64,000 nt of DNA from the human T2T-CHM13v2.0 reference genome, Homo sapiens: the NCBI GenBank assembly GCA_009914755.4, contig CP068257.2, positions 25,312,001 through 25,376,000 on the forward strand. Reading direction: 5' to 3'. The notes under the pieces are model-generated. The model was given only the letters and a program-made list of their open reading frames with translations, did no database searches and was not told the DNA's origin. The first letter of the stretch is position 1. Each line of letters opens with the position of its first letter. The translations under genes were made by a program, and so were the position numbers. This document shows, piece after piece, positions 26,031 through 42,968 of the stretch.

Positions 26031-26980
26031 AATTATTCTTTTACTTTGAAAAAAATAGACTGTAAATATTTTTACAAGATTAGATATTAACAGCTAGGAT
26101 CCACAAAGCACATAAAGTTTATACTTTTACACCTAAGTTACAATTAAAAATATATAAACTTACATTTTAAATTTATATTTATGCATGTTTACATCCCTCT
26201 ACTCAAGCATGCAGTGAATATGGGTAACATAAAATATGAAAAGAGAAAAATAGAAAAACGCATTCTCTAAAGCCTATCTCTTTAGATCAGAAACAGAAAC
26301 TCAAAGTTTTGAGATGAGAGGCTTTCTGGACTCTGCGATAAGCAGGCAATGGCATCTAAGTGTTTGGCCCCTGTGTGCTAATAGAGGCAAAAAAAAAAAA
26401 AATAATAAAAAATAAAAAAAACCCAACTATATCACAATAAATGGAGACCTAAAGTCTGTCTCATTAGTTAAAGCTCAAACTTAAATCTTACTACTGATCC
26501 CTAGATTATGGTAGCAGGCTTAGGAAAATGGCAACTAACTGTTACCTGCAACAATGTTTTGTAGCAAGCTATGGTCCGGGTCAGTAACAGAACCAAGCTC
26601 GGAAACCATAAACTGAACCAAGAAACCTGGTGGACTAGTGAATACTTCTGTGATATCCCTAGTGTCTCCTCTGGCAGGAGCGCTGAAATCATGAAGTGTT
26701 AGGCTGTTAGAGCTAGTGACTGCTAAACAGAGATGGGTAAGTACAGAGGAAAATTTTAAAAAAATTCCCATCTAAGTGCACAAATGATATTACACAGAAA
26801 TCAAATGCTAAAATTACAGCCAACAAAATCAAAATTCAAAATATAAATATAATTTCAGTGGAGGTTGACAAAAATTTTAAGTGAAGTTTCTGAGGATGTT
26901 TGAAGAGATAAATGAAGAAATAAGTTTGATTAAAAAGAATAGAATATTTGGTAAAATGAAGGTAAAATATAAAGTAAGAG

Positions 26981-27335
<355 letters not shown>

Positions 27336-29778
27336 TTAAAAAACATAAAACTATTTTAATGGATTCCGTAAATGGTGCATACATTTGAAGGGAATTAGTG
27401 ATTTGGAGGAAGGTACCTTCATCTAAAGTTCTTCATAATAGAGACACAAAAGGCCAGGTAAATGGTGTATAGGTTAATAAGGAGGGTAGCAATAGAATAA
27501 GGGAATGAAAGGAATGATAGAAAAGCATATATGAATAGAAAATATTTGATAATTTTCCAGAATTCATTAGATCAAAACTTTACTCTGAATGAAAAATGAA
27601 TAAAAATAATTTTAATTTAGACTCATCGTGTTGAATTTTACTAACAAGAGGGATAATTCATTTATCTTAATGGTTTCTAGATTGAGGAGAAATCCAAATT
27701 AATACATTTTAGGCAAATTTTTTTATCAGCAAAAGTAGATAACAGAAAACAGTATATTCATATCTTTAAAGGACTGAAAATTTAAACTTAAATTTTTATA
27801 CCCAGCTATATTATTTTTCAAAAATGAAGACAAAATATTCTTTAAACATTTTTCAGAACTAAGAAATTTTACTATCAATTAATAGGCCTTTATAAAGGAA
27901 TTGTTAAAAAATAAAATTTAGCAAGAAGGAAGGCCAGCACAGAGGGAAGATGATGAATGCAAAATTGATAAAATATGTTGATAAATATATTGAATTTTGA
28001 TATAGAGGTAAAACAGCCCAGCTTGTGTGCTTTTTCTTATTTTGTTCAAGGTAATAAGATGGGAGAAATTATGAGCTTTAATATAGAAGCTATCCTGAAA
28101 AAGCTTCTAATGGCCAAAGATGGAACAATTTGAAGAGCAAAATAAATGACGTAGTGTAGGATTGTAACTCAAAGCAAAAAATAAATAAACATCTATAAGT
28201 CCATATTGATATGAACACATTATTAAACAAATAAAAGAAAGAAAAGATACAAATCTTCCATACAGAAGAATACTACATAACATGTTAACACTCCCTTTCT
28301 TAAGGAGTTAGTGCTTAGCTCTCTGTCTCTTGAAAATGGGTTACACTTAATAACCTGCTTCCAATGAATACAGTGTGGAAGGGGAGAAAAGTGTCTTCAC
28401 AATAGAAAAATCCTGCCAACACTACCTTGCCAGGGGATCGAGATTAACTACATCACTGATAATTAATGTGGATAGTATGTAACTGTCATATGATATGATG
28501 AAAATGACACTTCATCTCTACTGTCTTCCTTTTTAAAAACTTTAGTCAAATCATGAGAAAACCACACTGAGAAAATGGGGGGAGAGGGGGGCTAATGTTG
28601 CTGGAAATTTAGGAAGGAATAAAAAGAGGGGAGAGTTATGAGGGGCCCAGAAGGCTTTTTAGTGAAATTGAAATGTAAATATACGAAAATAAAATGAGGG
28701 AAAATGAAGGCCAGATTCAGATCCAACTGGACGGACAGAAAGAACTAGTGAGCTTTTAAAGCTTTAACAATGAAAAGAGACAGAAAATTGTCAAGTAATG
28801 TGTGGCAATATCCAGACAGGATTTAACTTTAAAAAGTGAGAACTCCTGGACAAGTTGAAGGGAAAGAGAAACAGATTTTGTGAATGGTGATGCTGTTTTG
28901 GAAAATTTGGTTTTCTAAACCAAGTTTGAGTGCCTATACCATGGGACAGAACTCAGGCTAAGTAGGTAGGATAAGGCTCCCTCGTTTATGATTTATACAT
29001 GACGTTGATGGGAAATGGTTCCCTTTTTTAATTTCTATTTTTTAAGAGCAATCCATCATCTACAATGTTGTATAGAAGGCAAGTCTACATAATCTAAACA
29101 TAGGGTGGCCATAGGAGTCTCAGATTCCAGATCTCAGTTTTCTCCAAAGAGGAGGCTTGGAAGAGAAGATTTTACCAGATACAGGTGTGGTAAGAGGGAA
29201 TTCCTAGAAAGTACTGAAAGCAAGAGTTGAGGACTATGTACTTTGCATCAAAGGGATCACTCTTAAATGAATTTTCTCATGCTCTAGTAAATTCAATGAG
29301 GCACTTGTCTTAACTACAGGTGGTTCCCACTTACGGCAATTTGACTTATAATGAGTCATAGGCTCAGTGCTCTGCCAGTTACTCAGAGCCCTGGCAGAAG
29401 GCCACACACAGCTACATCATTGGCACTGTCTTCTTTCTGACAGGCACCAATATTTAAGACCCTTTTGCCTGGGTCCTTGACTTTAGATGACCTCTTAAAA
29501 GCCTTGCAGCTTCCTCGGTGTGGGTTCTCTATGGTACTTGTTTTCAAACATTCCTGCTAACAATCAATAATAACAATGTAGAATATATTATGTAAAGCTT
29601 TGCTACTTACCCTTGTGGACATATTCTTTCATTCTGTACTAACATCAATAGCCAAGTATCTATTGAGCACTTACTATGTGACAGTCACTATAGCAGTCAC
29701 TTTAAATAGATGAGTGTATTTAATCCCCTAAGAGACCTATGAGGAGGACATTATTAATTGTATTTTGCTTAAAAATGC

Positions 29779-30148
29779 TGATATGGTTTGGCTGTGTCCT
29801 CACCCAAATCTCATTTTGAAATGTAGCTCCTCTAATCCCCACGTGTCGTGGGAGGAACCCAGTTGGTGGTAATTAAATCATGGAGGCAGTTACCCCCATG
29901 CTGTTCTCGCGATAGTGAGTGAGTTCTTATGAGATCTGATGGTTTTATAAGAGGCTTTTCCCGCTTTGCTCGGCGTTTTTCTCTCCTGCCACCGTGTGAA
30001 GAAGGTGTTTCCTTCCGCTCCACCATGATTGTAAGTTTCCTGAGGCCTCCCCAGCCATGAAGAACTGTGAGTGAATGAAACCTCTTTTCTTTATAAATTA
30101 CGCAGTCTTGGGCAGTTCTTTATAGCAGCATGAGAAATGACTAATACA
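29779..30148 (+). mobile_element. Solo MaLR LTR, THE1/MST family.
   Basis: tgatatggtttggctgtgtcctcacccaaatctcattttgaaatgtagctcc ... ctttataaattacgcagtcttgggcagttctttatagcagcatgagaaatgactaataca. Confidence 0.8.
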
Positions 30149-32763
30149 GGGAAATTTAGGTTTGAAAATGATGTCTGACTTGGGTAAAGGCAAAGAGCTG
30201 GTATGTGGGAGAGCTGGGACTAATATCTAAGTTTCCTGATTCCAAATACAGTTCCTTTTTTACTGTACAATTTTGCTCCTCCTCAGGAAGACCCTTTATT
30301 GTTAATTTTCAGCTACAAGTCCTTCTACCAGTTATACTTTCAATCATATTTGTGTGTCTTATTATTGCATTTGTTCAAGTATATTAGCTTCTATGTATGT
30401 AAAAACCTTTATACCATACAGTGTATAAGTTTATGCTTTAATGACAAATAATTTTGATAGGCTGTGATTATTTCATTTACAAATTGAGCACCAGGCTGTT
30501 GATTAGGAAATAATCCCTTATTATGACATTGTACCTGTAAGAAAACTAAAGTCGACTTGAGTCATTTCATTTATAGCTTGAGTAATTAGCTTTACATTCA
30601 AGCACTGTCTTAGAATGATCTAGGAAAAGAATAGAGGGCAAGGTCTGAAAGAGAAATATCATCTTCACTTTTGATTCTTGGGTATAGACAGTATGACATT
30701 AACTTGAAAGAGACTAAGACATCTAGCTATTTTCTTGTACTTTGAAACTGCCCTCATCAAGGACAACTCTTAATTCTGATAGGGTATCATTCTGAGGTGT
30801 GAGTGGGCTGTATTTTGAGTTCAGCTTACTGTTCACCAAAAATTCTCAGAGATTCTTATTACCTTGGTGAATTTTCATGGTCTAAGGTCTGGTCATTAGC
30901 CTTGAAGATAAGAAACTGGGCCTTTCATCTCCCCAGCTCACCCACTGTTTTTCTGCTGACAACCCTCCTTGATATGCACTTTCTTTGGCATATTAAATTT
31001 GCTGATAAAGTCAGCAGCTCCTTTAGTCCTGGAAAACATTTTTGTACCCTCTCATTTTGTGTTGAGTCCAATAACCAGCAGGGGATAACCTTTTATCCTG
31101 GCTAGTAGTAAGATGTAATATATATAAACATAGAAATGTATGTGCTTCTCCCTTTCCCCACCACTGAGTTCTTTCTTTTTAAAAACCCTTAAAATATTTT
31201 CAAAAATAGAATAAATTACAAAAGAAATTGTTTATCTTAAAGAGTCAGTAGTAAATTTTGAGATATGTAACATGGAAAAAAGTTGAGGAAAACATGGTAA
31301 TTACCTATAATAACACTTTAGTTGTTAAGCAATGATAGTTTTTACATATTTTTTCCAGCCTTCAATTTTACAATTTTGTTAATTGTATTTTTTATCACCT
31401 AGAATTTAAAAAAGGCTAAAAGGCTTAAAGTGAACAAATAATGTCCCCAGGCACCTCCAGACCCACTAGTTTTATTCCTCAGAAGTAACATTTCCATTTT
31501 CAAAGTGTTTTAGCTATTTCTTTTGATATTTATTTTCATATTATGAGGTGTATGTTAATAATGTGCTTTCTTTATCAGTTTTAGTCATCACCCAGTTACT
31601 TCTCACAGTAGCCAAAGACTGATCTTATATACCCTTCCCACTCGTTTCTTTTCCCTATATATACCCAATATAGATAAATAAAATGTTTGGGAAAAAACAG
31701 TAGTGTGCAGAAGTCCTGTTTTTTCAATAACAAGGAGCAAGGGTACTAGTTGAGAGTGAAGGAAATTCGAGGTCTGAGGTAAGAGGAGAATAAGAGGAAG
31801 GATGGTCTGGGAGTAAGAGAATAAATTGGTTAATGATTCATTTCAGTATGTTCTTGAGAAAGAAAGACAATTAATACATGTGATCAATCTCATATGCTTA
31901 AAGAACAACAAAAATCACAAAAATTTATTCACAAAACATGCATATAATTAAATGTTATGAGTTTTTATTTAGCTTAAATATGATGGTCAATGGTATACCA
32001 TGGTTAAAAATAAATAAAGGCACTTTGAATTCCAGAGATGTAACATCTCTAGTTGAAGCGTGTATGTATGCCCTTAGCTACCTGCTTTAAACCAATCAAA
32101 GAAAATATCTATAAATATGCTAAGCTTTCATTACAATAGAAAAAATTTTTGCCCAAAGAACTAAATCTTGGTCAAAAGAAACAAAAATGTGTCGATTATT
32201 TAGGGATTTTAAGCAGCATGTTCATGAGGTAGCTTGTTTTGCTAAGAATAGCATGACTTTGGGGTTGAAGAGTCTCGTGTTTGGTTTGAATCTCAATTCT
32301 GCCAGTAAAATCCCTCATCTATTAAAATATCTACAATAATACTTTTGTCATTTATTAAAATGAGGAAATTACCAGTCTTCATATTTATTACAATAACTGT
32401 TCCTTTGCTGCAATGTTGGGTGGAGTAGAAGTCATTTTTACACAGTACCCAGTACATTGTAGGCCTTTAATAATTAGAAATTGCTCTGCCATAGAATTAC
32501 ACCATAGCAATTCTATGGAGCATCCATTGGAGGAAATGCATATGGCATGCTATCTGTATTTAAATCCAAAGCATTTCAAAGTCAATCAATTAAAGGTTAC
32601 ATTTTTCATTTCTGTTCAAGGCAATATTAACATTGGTATTGGTAACTGATTAACAACTTATTTTAACAGTTTCACATTTTTCACTTCCATGTTTACCATC
32701 CTCCTGTGTCCAGACTACAACCTCTTCACCCACCATCTCTCCTTTCCACACTGCCTGCCCAGT

Positions 32764-32790
32764 CAGAAAACAAAACAAAACAAAACACAA
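32764..32790. repeat. (AAAAC)n pentanucleotide repeat.
   Basis: agaaaacaaaacaaaacaaaacacaaaag. Confidence 0.7.
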
Positions 32791-35626
32791 AAGTTCCACA
32801 CTTCCAGAGTGACTTGTTTCTCTCCTCACCCTCCTTGCATTGCTTGACCTCCTTCTGGTCCTGGAATCACTCCAAGCTGAACATCATTAACCCAGAGCTC
32901 GGACAAATTAGGTAGATAGAAATATTTATCAAGTGAATGAATGAATCGTACAAAGAGCCCACAAGTCCCCCTATCATTCTTTTTTCAGTTAATGACATTA
33001 GTATTCATTCATCTGCTGAATTAAGAAGCCTTGGATTCATTCTCATTCCTGACATATATTTGATCAGCAAGTCCTGGCAGTTTGACTTCAGAAATAACTC
33101 TTAAATTCATATTCTTTCCGTCACCTCTGTCTTATAATCTCCCCCGGGATGTTGCCATTGGTTTTTTAACTGGTCTCCTGGTCTCTGCCTGACCCCACAC
33201 TAGTTTCTTCTCTATATGTCTTCTAAGGTGAACACTATAACATATAAACAAAATCATATCTCATGAACCCCTATTGGCTTACTGCATTAAAGATCTTGAG
33301 AGTTCCCCATTTCTTACATATAAGTTCAAATTCCTTAGGACCACACAAAAAGTCATCCACAATAAGGTCCCAGGTTACCTCTTAAACTTCATTACTAGCC
33401 TTCCTTTCGCTTATCCCCTACTCCACTCAAATAGGCCTGTTCCACATTGTGAACACCTGTTACTATTTGATTGCCTCTGCACCTTTGTGCTATCTATCTA
33501 ATCACCTTCTTTCTCTTACTTATCTGGATAAGATGAATTTAATCTGCAAGTACAGCTGAAAAAATTTTTGTGACATGACCTTGACTCAAGGAGAAAGCAG
33601 TCTTTCCTTTTTTGTTAATGATTCATTTCATTAACACCATTAATGTTGTTTTTGTAAAGGATTTTTATTATTTCTGACATGTCTGTGAACCCTACAAGAC
33701 TGTGATCATCTCTGTGAAGGGATTCCTGTCTTTTCTTTGTACCTGTATTAATTTTCCATGTCTTCTTTAACAAATTATCACACACTTGGTGGCTTAAAAA
33801 AAAAAAAAAAAAAAAAGAAGACATTTGTTCTCTTCTAGTACTGGAGGCCAAGGGTTTAAAATTAGTATCTTTAGGCCAACAGCAAGTCATCAGCAGGGCC
33901 ATGCTCCCTCAGGAGGCTTCAGGGGAGAATCTAATAAACATTCCTTCTCTTCCTGGTGGTTACAGGCACCTCTTGACTTGTAGCTGCATCAATCCATTAT
34001 TTCCCTTCGAGGTCACATTGCCTTCTCCTCTCTTGTCAAATCTTTCTCTGTCTCCTTATGAGGATGCATGTGATGGTATTTAGGACCCAAGCAAATAATC
34101 AAGGATAATCTCTTTATCTCAAGACCCTTAAATTAATACCTCTGCAAGTACCTTTCCTCCCCTCCCCCCACAAATAAGGCAACAGTTACAGGTGCTTGAT
34201 TCCTTTGAGGACCACCATTCAATCTACTACAGTTTACCCTCTGGCCTCCAAAGTTTCATGTCCATCTCACATGCAAAATACACTCAAACCATTTCATCAT
34301 TTCTGAAAGTCTCAACCCATTACAGCATCAACTCAAGGCCAAAATTTCATTTAAACATGTCTGATTAAAAGCCCAAACCTCATCACCTTAATCATCTAAA
34401 TCAGGAATAGATGAGACTGTGGGTATAATTCAACCAAAGGCAAAAAACTCACCATCTGTGGACCTGTAAAACTAGAAAACAAGTTATCTACTCACAAAAT
34501 ACAATGGTGAGACAGAAGTATAACAGTTATAGAAATTACTATTCCAAAAAGGAGACAATGGAAGGAAGAAAGGGGTTACTGATTCCAAGCAACTTTGAAA
34601 TCCAGCAGGACAAATTAATTGGGTTTCAAAACCTGGGAATTATTCTCAGTGGCTCAAGGCCCTGGCCTCTGCTTTTGAAGTTGTGCTTGCTTTTTATTGA
34701 AGGGTAGTGCATGCCTGAAACTGAGTAGTTTCATCATCCTGTTACCTGCTTCTAGAGCTTTGGAAGTCTGACAATCTTCTTTCATTTGCCTGTCTCTGTT
34801 ACTTTCAAGACAAGCTCACAGTGTTTTTGCTGCAATAACACTCTCAAAAATGTTGTGGCTCTCCTGTGTATGTTATGGAATTCCTTCAATTAGACCAAAT
34901 GATCCTCCAAAGAGCTTTCCTAGTTAATTCTGTCTCTGTTTTTGTCTTCTGCTGAGATGACCTGGTAGATCCATGAGTCATATGCCAAACCTCTTTAGTA
35001 CCAGCAAAAGGTTGTCCAGCCACACTTTTGATCTTCTCTCCAGAGCACCCTTTCCTAATGAGTGAATCACCAAATTTTAGCATTTTTGTTTCCAATCTGG
35101 ATAGGCTGAGAATTTACCCATAATTAAATGTAGATTCTTTTTTCCTTAATTGTTCTTTTTTTCACTCTACCTCTTTCCACCCTCATTTTACTATCAGCAG
35201 AAAGAAGCAATTGAGCTGCACTTTCAACATTTTGCTTGAAATTTCCTCAGTTATATAGCCAAATTCATTGCTTTACAAGTCTTGCTTTCCACACAACTAT
35301 AGGGCACAATTCAGTTAACAAGCTGCCACTGTATAACAAGAGTTACCATTCCTCCAGTTTCCAATAACATGTTCTTCATTTTTTTCTGAATCTTACCAGA
35401 AGTGTTTTTAAAATCCATATTTCTACAAAAAGTCTATTTAAGGCAATCTAGATCTTTTCTATCCTGTGTCTCAAAATCCATCAAGCCTCTACTCATTACT
35501 CAGTTTCAAAGCCACCTCCACATATTTACTTGTTATATTGGCATCCTATACCCTACCTGCTGGTACCAAAATCTATATTGTTAAATTTCTACCAGAGAAA
35601 CAGAATGAATGGTTTGAATAGGTTCT

Positions 35627-35646
35627 GTTTTCTTTCTTTCTTTCTT

Positions 35647-35713
<67 letters not shown>

Positions 35714-35740
35714 TCTTCTCTTCTTTCTTTCATTATCATC
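35627..35740. repeat. (TTTC)n/(CT)n compound microsatellite.
   Basis: ctttctttctttctttctctctctctctctttctttctttctttc... The ORF 35530..35856 (FLSFFLSFFLS) is an artefact of this repeat. Confidence 0.9.
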
Positions 35741-36050
35741 TAATCTACCTATCTATAGCTATCTATTCAAATATAAATATAGACAAAGATATATATATAG
35801 ATACATTAAGAGATTTGTTGCAAGAAACTGGTGTATGCAATTATGGAAACTGGTGAAGTAGATAGAAAATCCATAGGGCGGGCCATCAGGAAAGCCAGGC
35901 TGTAAGTCTTAAGCACAATCTGAATCTGCAGTCCACAGGCAGGATTTCTTGGTCAAGTATGTCTCAGTTCTGCTCTCAGGCCTTTTAAATGGATGAAAAA
36001 TAATCCATCTGAATTATCTAGGATATCTTCTGTACTTTGTAGACACCTAA

Positions 36051-36353
<303 letters not shown>

Positions 36354-37335
36354 TAATTACAGATGTTAGTCACATCTACAAAATGCCTTTACAACAACAC
36401 CTACATCTGTTTGATTGACTAACTGCAGACTGGGGATTGTAGTCAAGTTGACACATAAAACTGATTGTCACAGTATTCTAGTGGTTAGGACAGGTTCTGG
36501 TACATCGTAGGCCTTCGCTTCATTTATGCAAATAAATAAGTGATGTCCCACTTTATAAGCTATACTTCTGCTATACTTGACTCTCTGTGGAGCTTGAATT
36601 CTATGGTTAGTTTCTTAAATAATGCCATTGTGAACACATTTAGCCATTCCTCAACAAGGGGTCAGCCCCACTGTGCATTTTTACCACTCCTGATCATAGG
36701 TATTAGTCATGATACCAAGAACATTTGCATAGAAAAATCATAGTTAAGAAGGGAAAGAAGTCTATATTGAGTCTCTAGTTTTTAAAAGGTACTTTTCATA
36801 AACGTTTCAAAGGATTTATTGTTTTGAATCCATTATTTAAAAGCTTATTTATTTAAATAATCTTATGAGTGTATTTGAGATTAGTTTTTCCCTCTTATTA
36901 ATTACTATTCTATATACTTACTATATTTGTTCCTTTTTCTCTACCTCCCTTCCAGAATCATGAATATGAGAAGTTATCTAGTGGTAGCAAGTTTCTACAC
37001 ACAGTTTACCAAGCTCTCCTAGAAAATTTCCAAAAAGTCAAACTAAAGTTAAATCCTTAAATTCCCAGAGATGTGAACTCTTCTTAATATACTGAAATAC
37101 TGCAAGTATTCCACATAAGTTTATTACCTCATTAAAGTGGAAATCCCTACTCTACATTTTTAACCACTTTGAAAATCAAAATGATATGTTAGTATTTTGT
37201 AGTTTTCACATTTTCCACGAATTACCAAAGATTACCTATAGAGACTTGGCTCATTCTCTGCAATTTTGTTCAAGTTCCTACAATATAACTCAGCAGGCCC
37301 AGACACTAAAGCATATTAAAAAATTAATATCTGTA

Positions 37336-37612
<277 letters not shown>

Positions 37613-37927
37613 TTATCCTTGCTCTTTTTTCACTAATTTGAGGCTTCAATTTTAACTAAATGATTCATCTGTGTTTGAAAGTTACTCTTTTGACAGAGAA
37701 AATAAAAATAATATATAAGATTGTTGAATCTCAGCTCTTAAACTTATACACATCAACGATGTATCTCCTCTATTTTGTTTGGGTCTTTCTTAGACTTTAA
37801 ACAGTTGCTGAATGAATGATAAATTTTTACTGTTCTTAGCGTTTCTCAAAAGCCTCAGTTTTGTACTGTTTCTTCAGTAGTTTCAATTGTTATTTGTCTC
37901 TAGTAACCACTACTTTTCTTTCTTGTG

Positions 37928-38255
<328 letters not shown>

Positions 38256-41200
38256 TTCTGATTTGCAACTATACATGTACCCAGGAGCTCTTAGCCCAGA
38301 TGTGTAGATTGCCTGAAGCATATGAACATTTTTCTTCTCCATGGGCACAATTTTTAATTACATACTTAGAATTTCACTTGCGATACACCCCAGTGTTGGT
38401 TCGTGGCTGGGATTCTTAATATTCCATCTTAATATTCCCTCCCTTGCAGAATTTTTATTCATGCGATCATCTTTGTGCTTTTTTCTCAATTTCTTGAAAT
38501 CCTGGTTATTAACTCTAGAATTTATGTTTGATAGGGTCAGATGCCAGGCAGTATGGATATACCAAATTGTTAAAATGTATTTCAAGTTGAGTCAACAACC
38601 CAGGGAATTGTTGAGCTTGTTTGGTGTGAAAATTTGAGTCAGGTACATTCTGTGGAATATTTTAATCTGAGTTTCCGTTAAATTGATTGGAAAAATGCCA
38701 AACCATGTGTTATTCGTAATTTGTTTTTCCACCCTGCCTCCTCCACTGTTACCCACATTCACCTGACCGTAAAAGGCCTTTTAACTAGGACGAACCCATC
38801 CATGTTTTGGTTCCTCAAATGTTTCAAGTTAGTTTTTCCAACTGTTGGGGTTTGGCAAACTCTTGTCAGCTTTTTGCCAAGGTGGTTATTTTTTTCTTTT
38901 AAATTTTCAAACCTGAGTGTGTTTTCTGGAAATGTAGTCCATATGTTTCTTATTTTTTTATATATAACTCATAAAAATAGTTTTTAATAATTATTTTATG
39001 TTCACAATATCTGTATGCTATTCCGTATCGGTCTCTTAGTCCATCCAGGAATGTTCCACCTTTTGTCTTTTAACTTAGGTGAAAAATTTTGAACCAAATC
39101 TGAAACTTGATAGGCCAGTACATTGAATGGTTGGCAAAATTTATTTTTCATTTCTCTCATTACCTTTAATAGAAACAAATAGTGTCCCTTTTGCCTAATT
39201 CAACAAAAAGTCAGGTCAGCTCAAATAACTAACAAGGAACACATGCAAATAGTATGTTAGAAATCAATGGGGAATGAGTTATTTATATTGTATCTATAAT
39301 TGCTAGACCCTTTTATTTTGGAAATCTTCTCCTTTCCACTCCCAGACAGACTTTTTTTCCAGAGACAATCATAATACTAATTCTCAAGTAGAACACATTT
39401 GAATTCTTTTCATTTTTTAGCATAAACCAAAAATGTTCAGTTGAATTTAAATCTTGATGTCTAAAGTCACTGGCACTTGTACTAAATTTTGACTTGTTTT
39501 CGTGTTTCATCTTAACTTATCTTACCTCCATCAGCTTACCTACTGTCTGAAGTGTGTTCTCCCTGAGTCTGCCCCAGCACATCACCGCACTAGTGCTGCC
39601 ATTGCCCTCACCATTACCCTACAGATCTCTTTCCTTGCTTCCACCTCTCTCTGCCTCTAATCCAGCCTTCACACTGCTACCTGTGAGGCTGAAGGATTGT
39701 ATTAGGTGCTTTATCTGACTCCCTGAGTTAATTATTTTTAATCCAAAAGATAGGTAAATAGATTTAAATTTCTGCAAGCATAAGAAAATCATTGGTATCC
39801 AGTGATCACTGCTCAATTTCAGTTTGCATATATGTTCAGATTTTTAAGGAACAAAATCAAATCCATTTAATTGCAATAAAATACAAATATAACCCTAGAA
39901 GTCGAGCTCAGGGGTAAATGTTAGCTACTTTTACAATTTCATAGAGAAGCATGGTATTGTCTATCAGTCAGTGAGCCAGGAGGAAACAGGTAATACATTT
40001 AAATGATGATCATTCCAGAAGGCTTTAATGAAGGAACTGTTGGCAAATGTGTGGGCATAGTGTGGGGGAATCAAGGGTTGGTGCAGGGTAATGAGAGATA
40101 ATGACAGTGACAAAAGTTGGGCACAGCAGGAAAAGAGGCTGAATCAGTTTTCAGGACCCTGAAAAGAGTCTGTAGAAAGGGACACATGGAAAGGAGCAAT
40201 GACCTTTGGTTGAAGAATGCAGCCAGCCTGAGGCAACCCCACAAGAAGATGGCTTTGGAGGCAAATAAATTCACTTGCCTCCTCTTTTTTGACCAAATGC
40301 AACAGAAGCCAGAAGACAATGATGTCCGCTAATATACAGATGTTCCTCAAGTTACAATGGGGATACATCCTGATAAACCCACAGTAACTTGAAAATATCA
40401 TAAGTTGAAAATGTATTCAATACACCTAACCTACTGAACATCATAGCTTAGACTAGCCTACCTTAAACATGTTCAGAACACTTACATTAGCTTACAGTTG
40501 GGCATATTCACCTCTATTTTATAATATAGTGTTATCTCATGATTGCTACCCTTGAGAGTACGTGGCTGACTGGCAGCTGCAGCTCCCGGCCACTGCCCAG
40601 CATTGCGGAAGAGTATCTTCCCCAACTTCTCCAGCCCAGGAAAAGATCACAATTCAAAATTCCAACCACATTTCTACTGAGTGTGTATCCTTTTGTGCTA
40701 TTGTAAAATCAAAACATCTTAAGTCAAACTATCATTAGGGCCCCTTCTGTCGTCCACACAGGTCAGCTTTCCAAGAGAGAAGGCAGGGTGGAAAAGGATG
40801 GGAAATGGATTTGGAGGGTCTAACAGAAATTTATCTGGGACATATTGCAAGGGCCACCAAAGACTTGTACAGTGAAGCTACAAAGGAGACACAGTGTTTA
40901 CTATACTCACTTGACTAGATAGTTCTAGGTACCTTCAACAGCTTTATAATTCATTTGCTTTTGATAATTGTCTCTGGTGTTGCTGGTTGACATCTTCTAT
41001 TGCATATGGACAATGATCATCTATAATGTCAGGATAATCGCAGGCCTCTAATTAAAAATGAGGAACATAATATTCTGTGACTATAAGCCTGGGAAGGATT
41101 ATCCTGCTCAAGCACATGGCCTTCAAAGAATATACTGTACAGTCGCCCCTGGTATCCAAGGCAGACTGGTTCCAGGACCTCCATGGATACCAAAATGTGT

Positions 41201-41999
41201 GGATGCTCAAGTCCCTTAGTCAGCCCTGTGGAACCCGTGGATACAAAAAGCTGGTTCTCTGTATTGGGGTTGGGGGATTGTTTCACATCCCCCAAATACT
41301 GAACTGTGTTCTCCATCTGCAGTTGGTTGAATCCCAGGAGGCAGAACCCATGGATACAGAGAGCTGACTGTATTCAATTTTTGCACTAGATTGTATCAAG
41401 TTTCCTTGGACTATTCAGATCCAATTTCTGGGGCCATCACACATGCCCTGATCTTGCCTAACCCTTCAGAGAGCCTCTTCTGATGGAAGGAGCATGGGTG
41501 AAGGAGTTAACAACAGACACGTGAAAATTTTGGTTTTGGTTCTTAGAAAAGCCATTTAACCTTGCTTAAGATTTATTAATGGGTTCCAGCCACAGGCATT
41601 CTGACTTGGTAGGTACAGGATGGTTTCTGGTTGTTCATGTCTTTTTGTAAAGTTCCACAAGTGATTTTCATGTGTGGTAGGACCGTTAATATGCAGAGTT
41701 CGATAAAGTGGAAGTGATTGCTTTGAGGGTTACATAACACTCCCTGCCTCTTAGCCACTGTAGCTTTTTGTTGAAATATTGAGTGGCCTTATTCACATTT
41801 ATGAGTTTTTGTGAGAACCATGCGCTGCTAAAGAGATAAGACAGGCTACTGGCATCAGACAGATTTAAAGGTCTGAATATACTCTCCCTTACATCATTTC
41901 CAGACTGTGTTCCGTAAAACTCTAGGTCTCAACAAAAATGCTTCTGATTTTTTAATAAATGTTTGATTTAAATTTCATTTTTATTTATTATTGACAAAA

Positions 42000-42160
42000 A
42001 TTTATATATTATATATTTACAGTGTACATTGTATGTATGTGTGTATATGTATGTGTGTATATGTGTATATGTATATTTTTATATGTATGGTTATATATAT
42101 ACATAAATATATATAGTGTATATATAAGTACAAATATACATGTTTAATGGTTCAGAGCCC
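42000..42160. repeat. TA/TG-rich low-complexity microsatellite block.
   Basis: tatatattatatatttacagtgtacattgtatgtatgtgtgtatatgtatgtgtgtatatgtgtatatgtatattttt... Confidence 0.8.
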
Positions 42161-42734
42161 TCAATAGACAATGCCATTATGCTCAAATTCAGCTAAATAT
42201 TGACCCATTGGAATAACCAGCACATTAACTTGAACTTTATAGTGTATCTTTTTTGGGGGAGCGGGTGGAAGTGGAGTGGGGGAAGGTCAATCTTAGAAGA
42301 AATATTTTTCTGTAATATTTAAATGTCTAATAAATATATAATTGAAATAAAAGTATTAATTTTGCATTATTTTTAAATTATCCAGTCTAATGCATATCTG
42401 CAAAAGTAAAATAATACTAGAAAATGTACTCTTTCCATACCTGTCATTAGGGTAAAGATTAAGGTCATCTACTCAGTGAAAGATGTTAATTTCACTTGTG
42501 AAGTAACAACTAATGTCATTATATCTCATTGGGATGATTTGTTAGCTATATCAAGCACTTGCTATAGGTAAAGCATGACAGCCTTGTTTTTAAGTAATTC
42601 AACTTTGAAACAAAATTGCTCACTGCAACGTTTTTAAAATATTTGAATTGGCTTAGCCTGTCCTGAGATTGCAAAGAGAGACACTGAATGACTGGTGTCA
42701 TTATAATTGCTTATTTATGTATGTCTGCTTTTCT

Positions 42735-42968
42735 TAGAGAAATAAAATATTTGCAAGGTTGATATGGAAACAGACAAGCATAATGCATACTTAAAAATTT
42801 TTTTAATAAATTTTTAAAAATTAAAAAAATAAATACTTTTTTATTTTAAATTAAATTTTAAAGAATAAATTTAAAAAAATTTAAAAAAGTGTCGGTATTT
42901 TCTTAGAGAAATAAAATATTTACCAAGGTTGATGTGGAAACAAACAAGCATAATCTATACTTAGTTTT
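42735..42968. repeat. About 63-bp direct repeat (42735-42800 and 42905-42968, about 90% identical) separated by an A/T-rich low-complexity spacer.
   Basis: ttttcttagagaaataaaatatttgcaaggttgatatggaaacagacaagcataatgcatactta versus ttttcttagagaaataaaatatttaccaaggttgatgtggaaacaaacaagcataatctatactta. Confidence 0.7.
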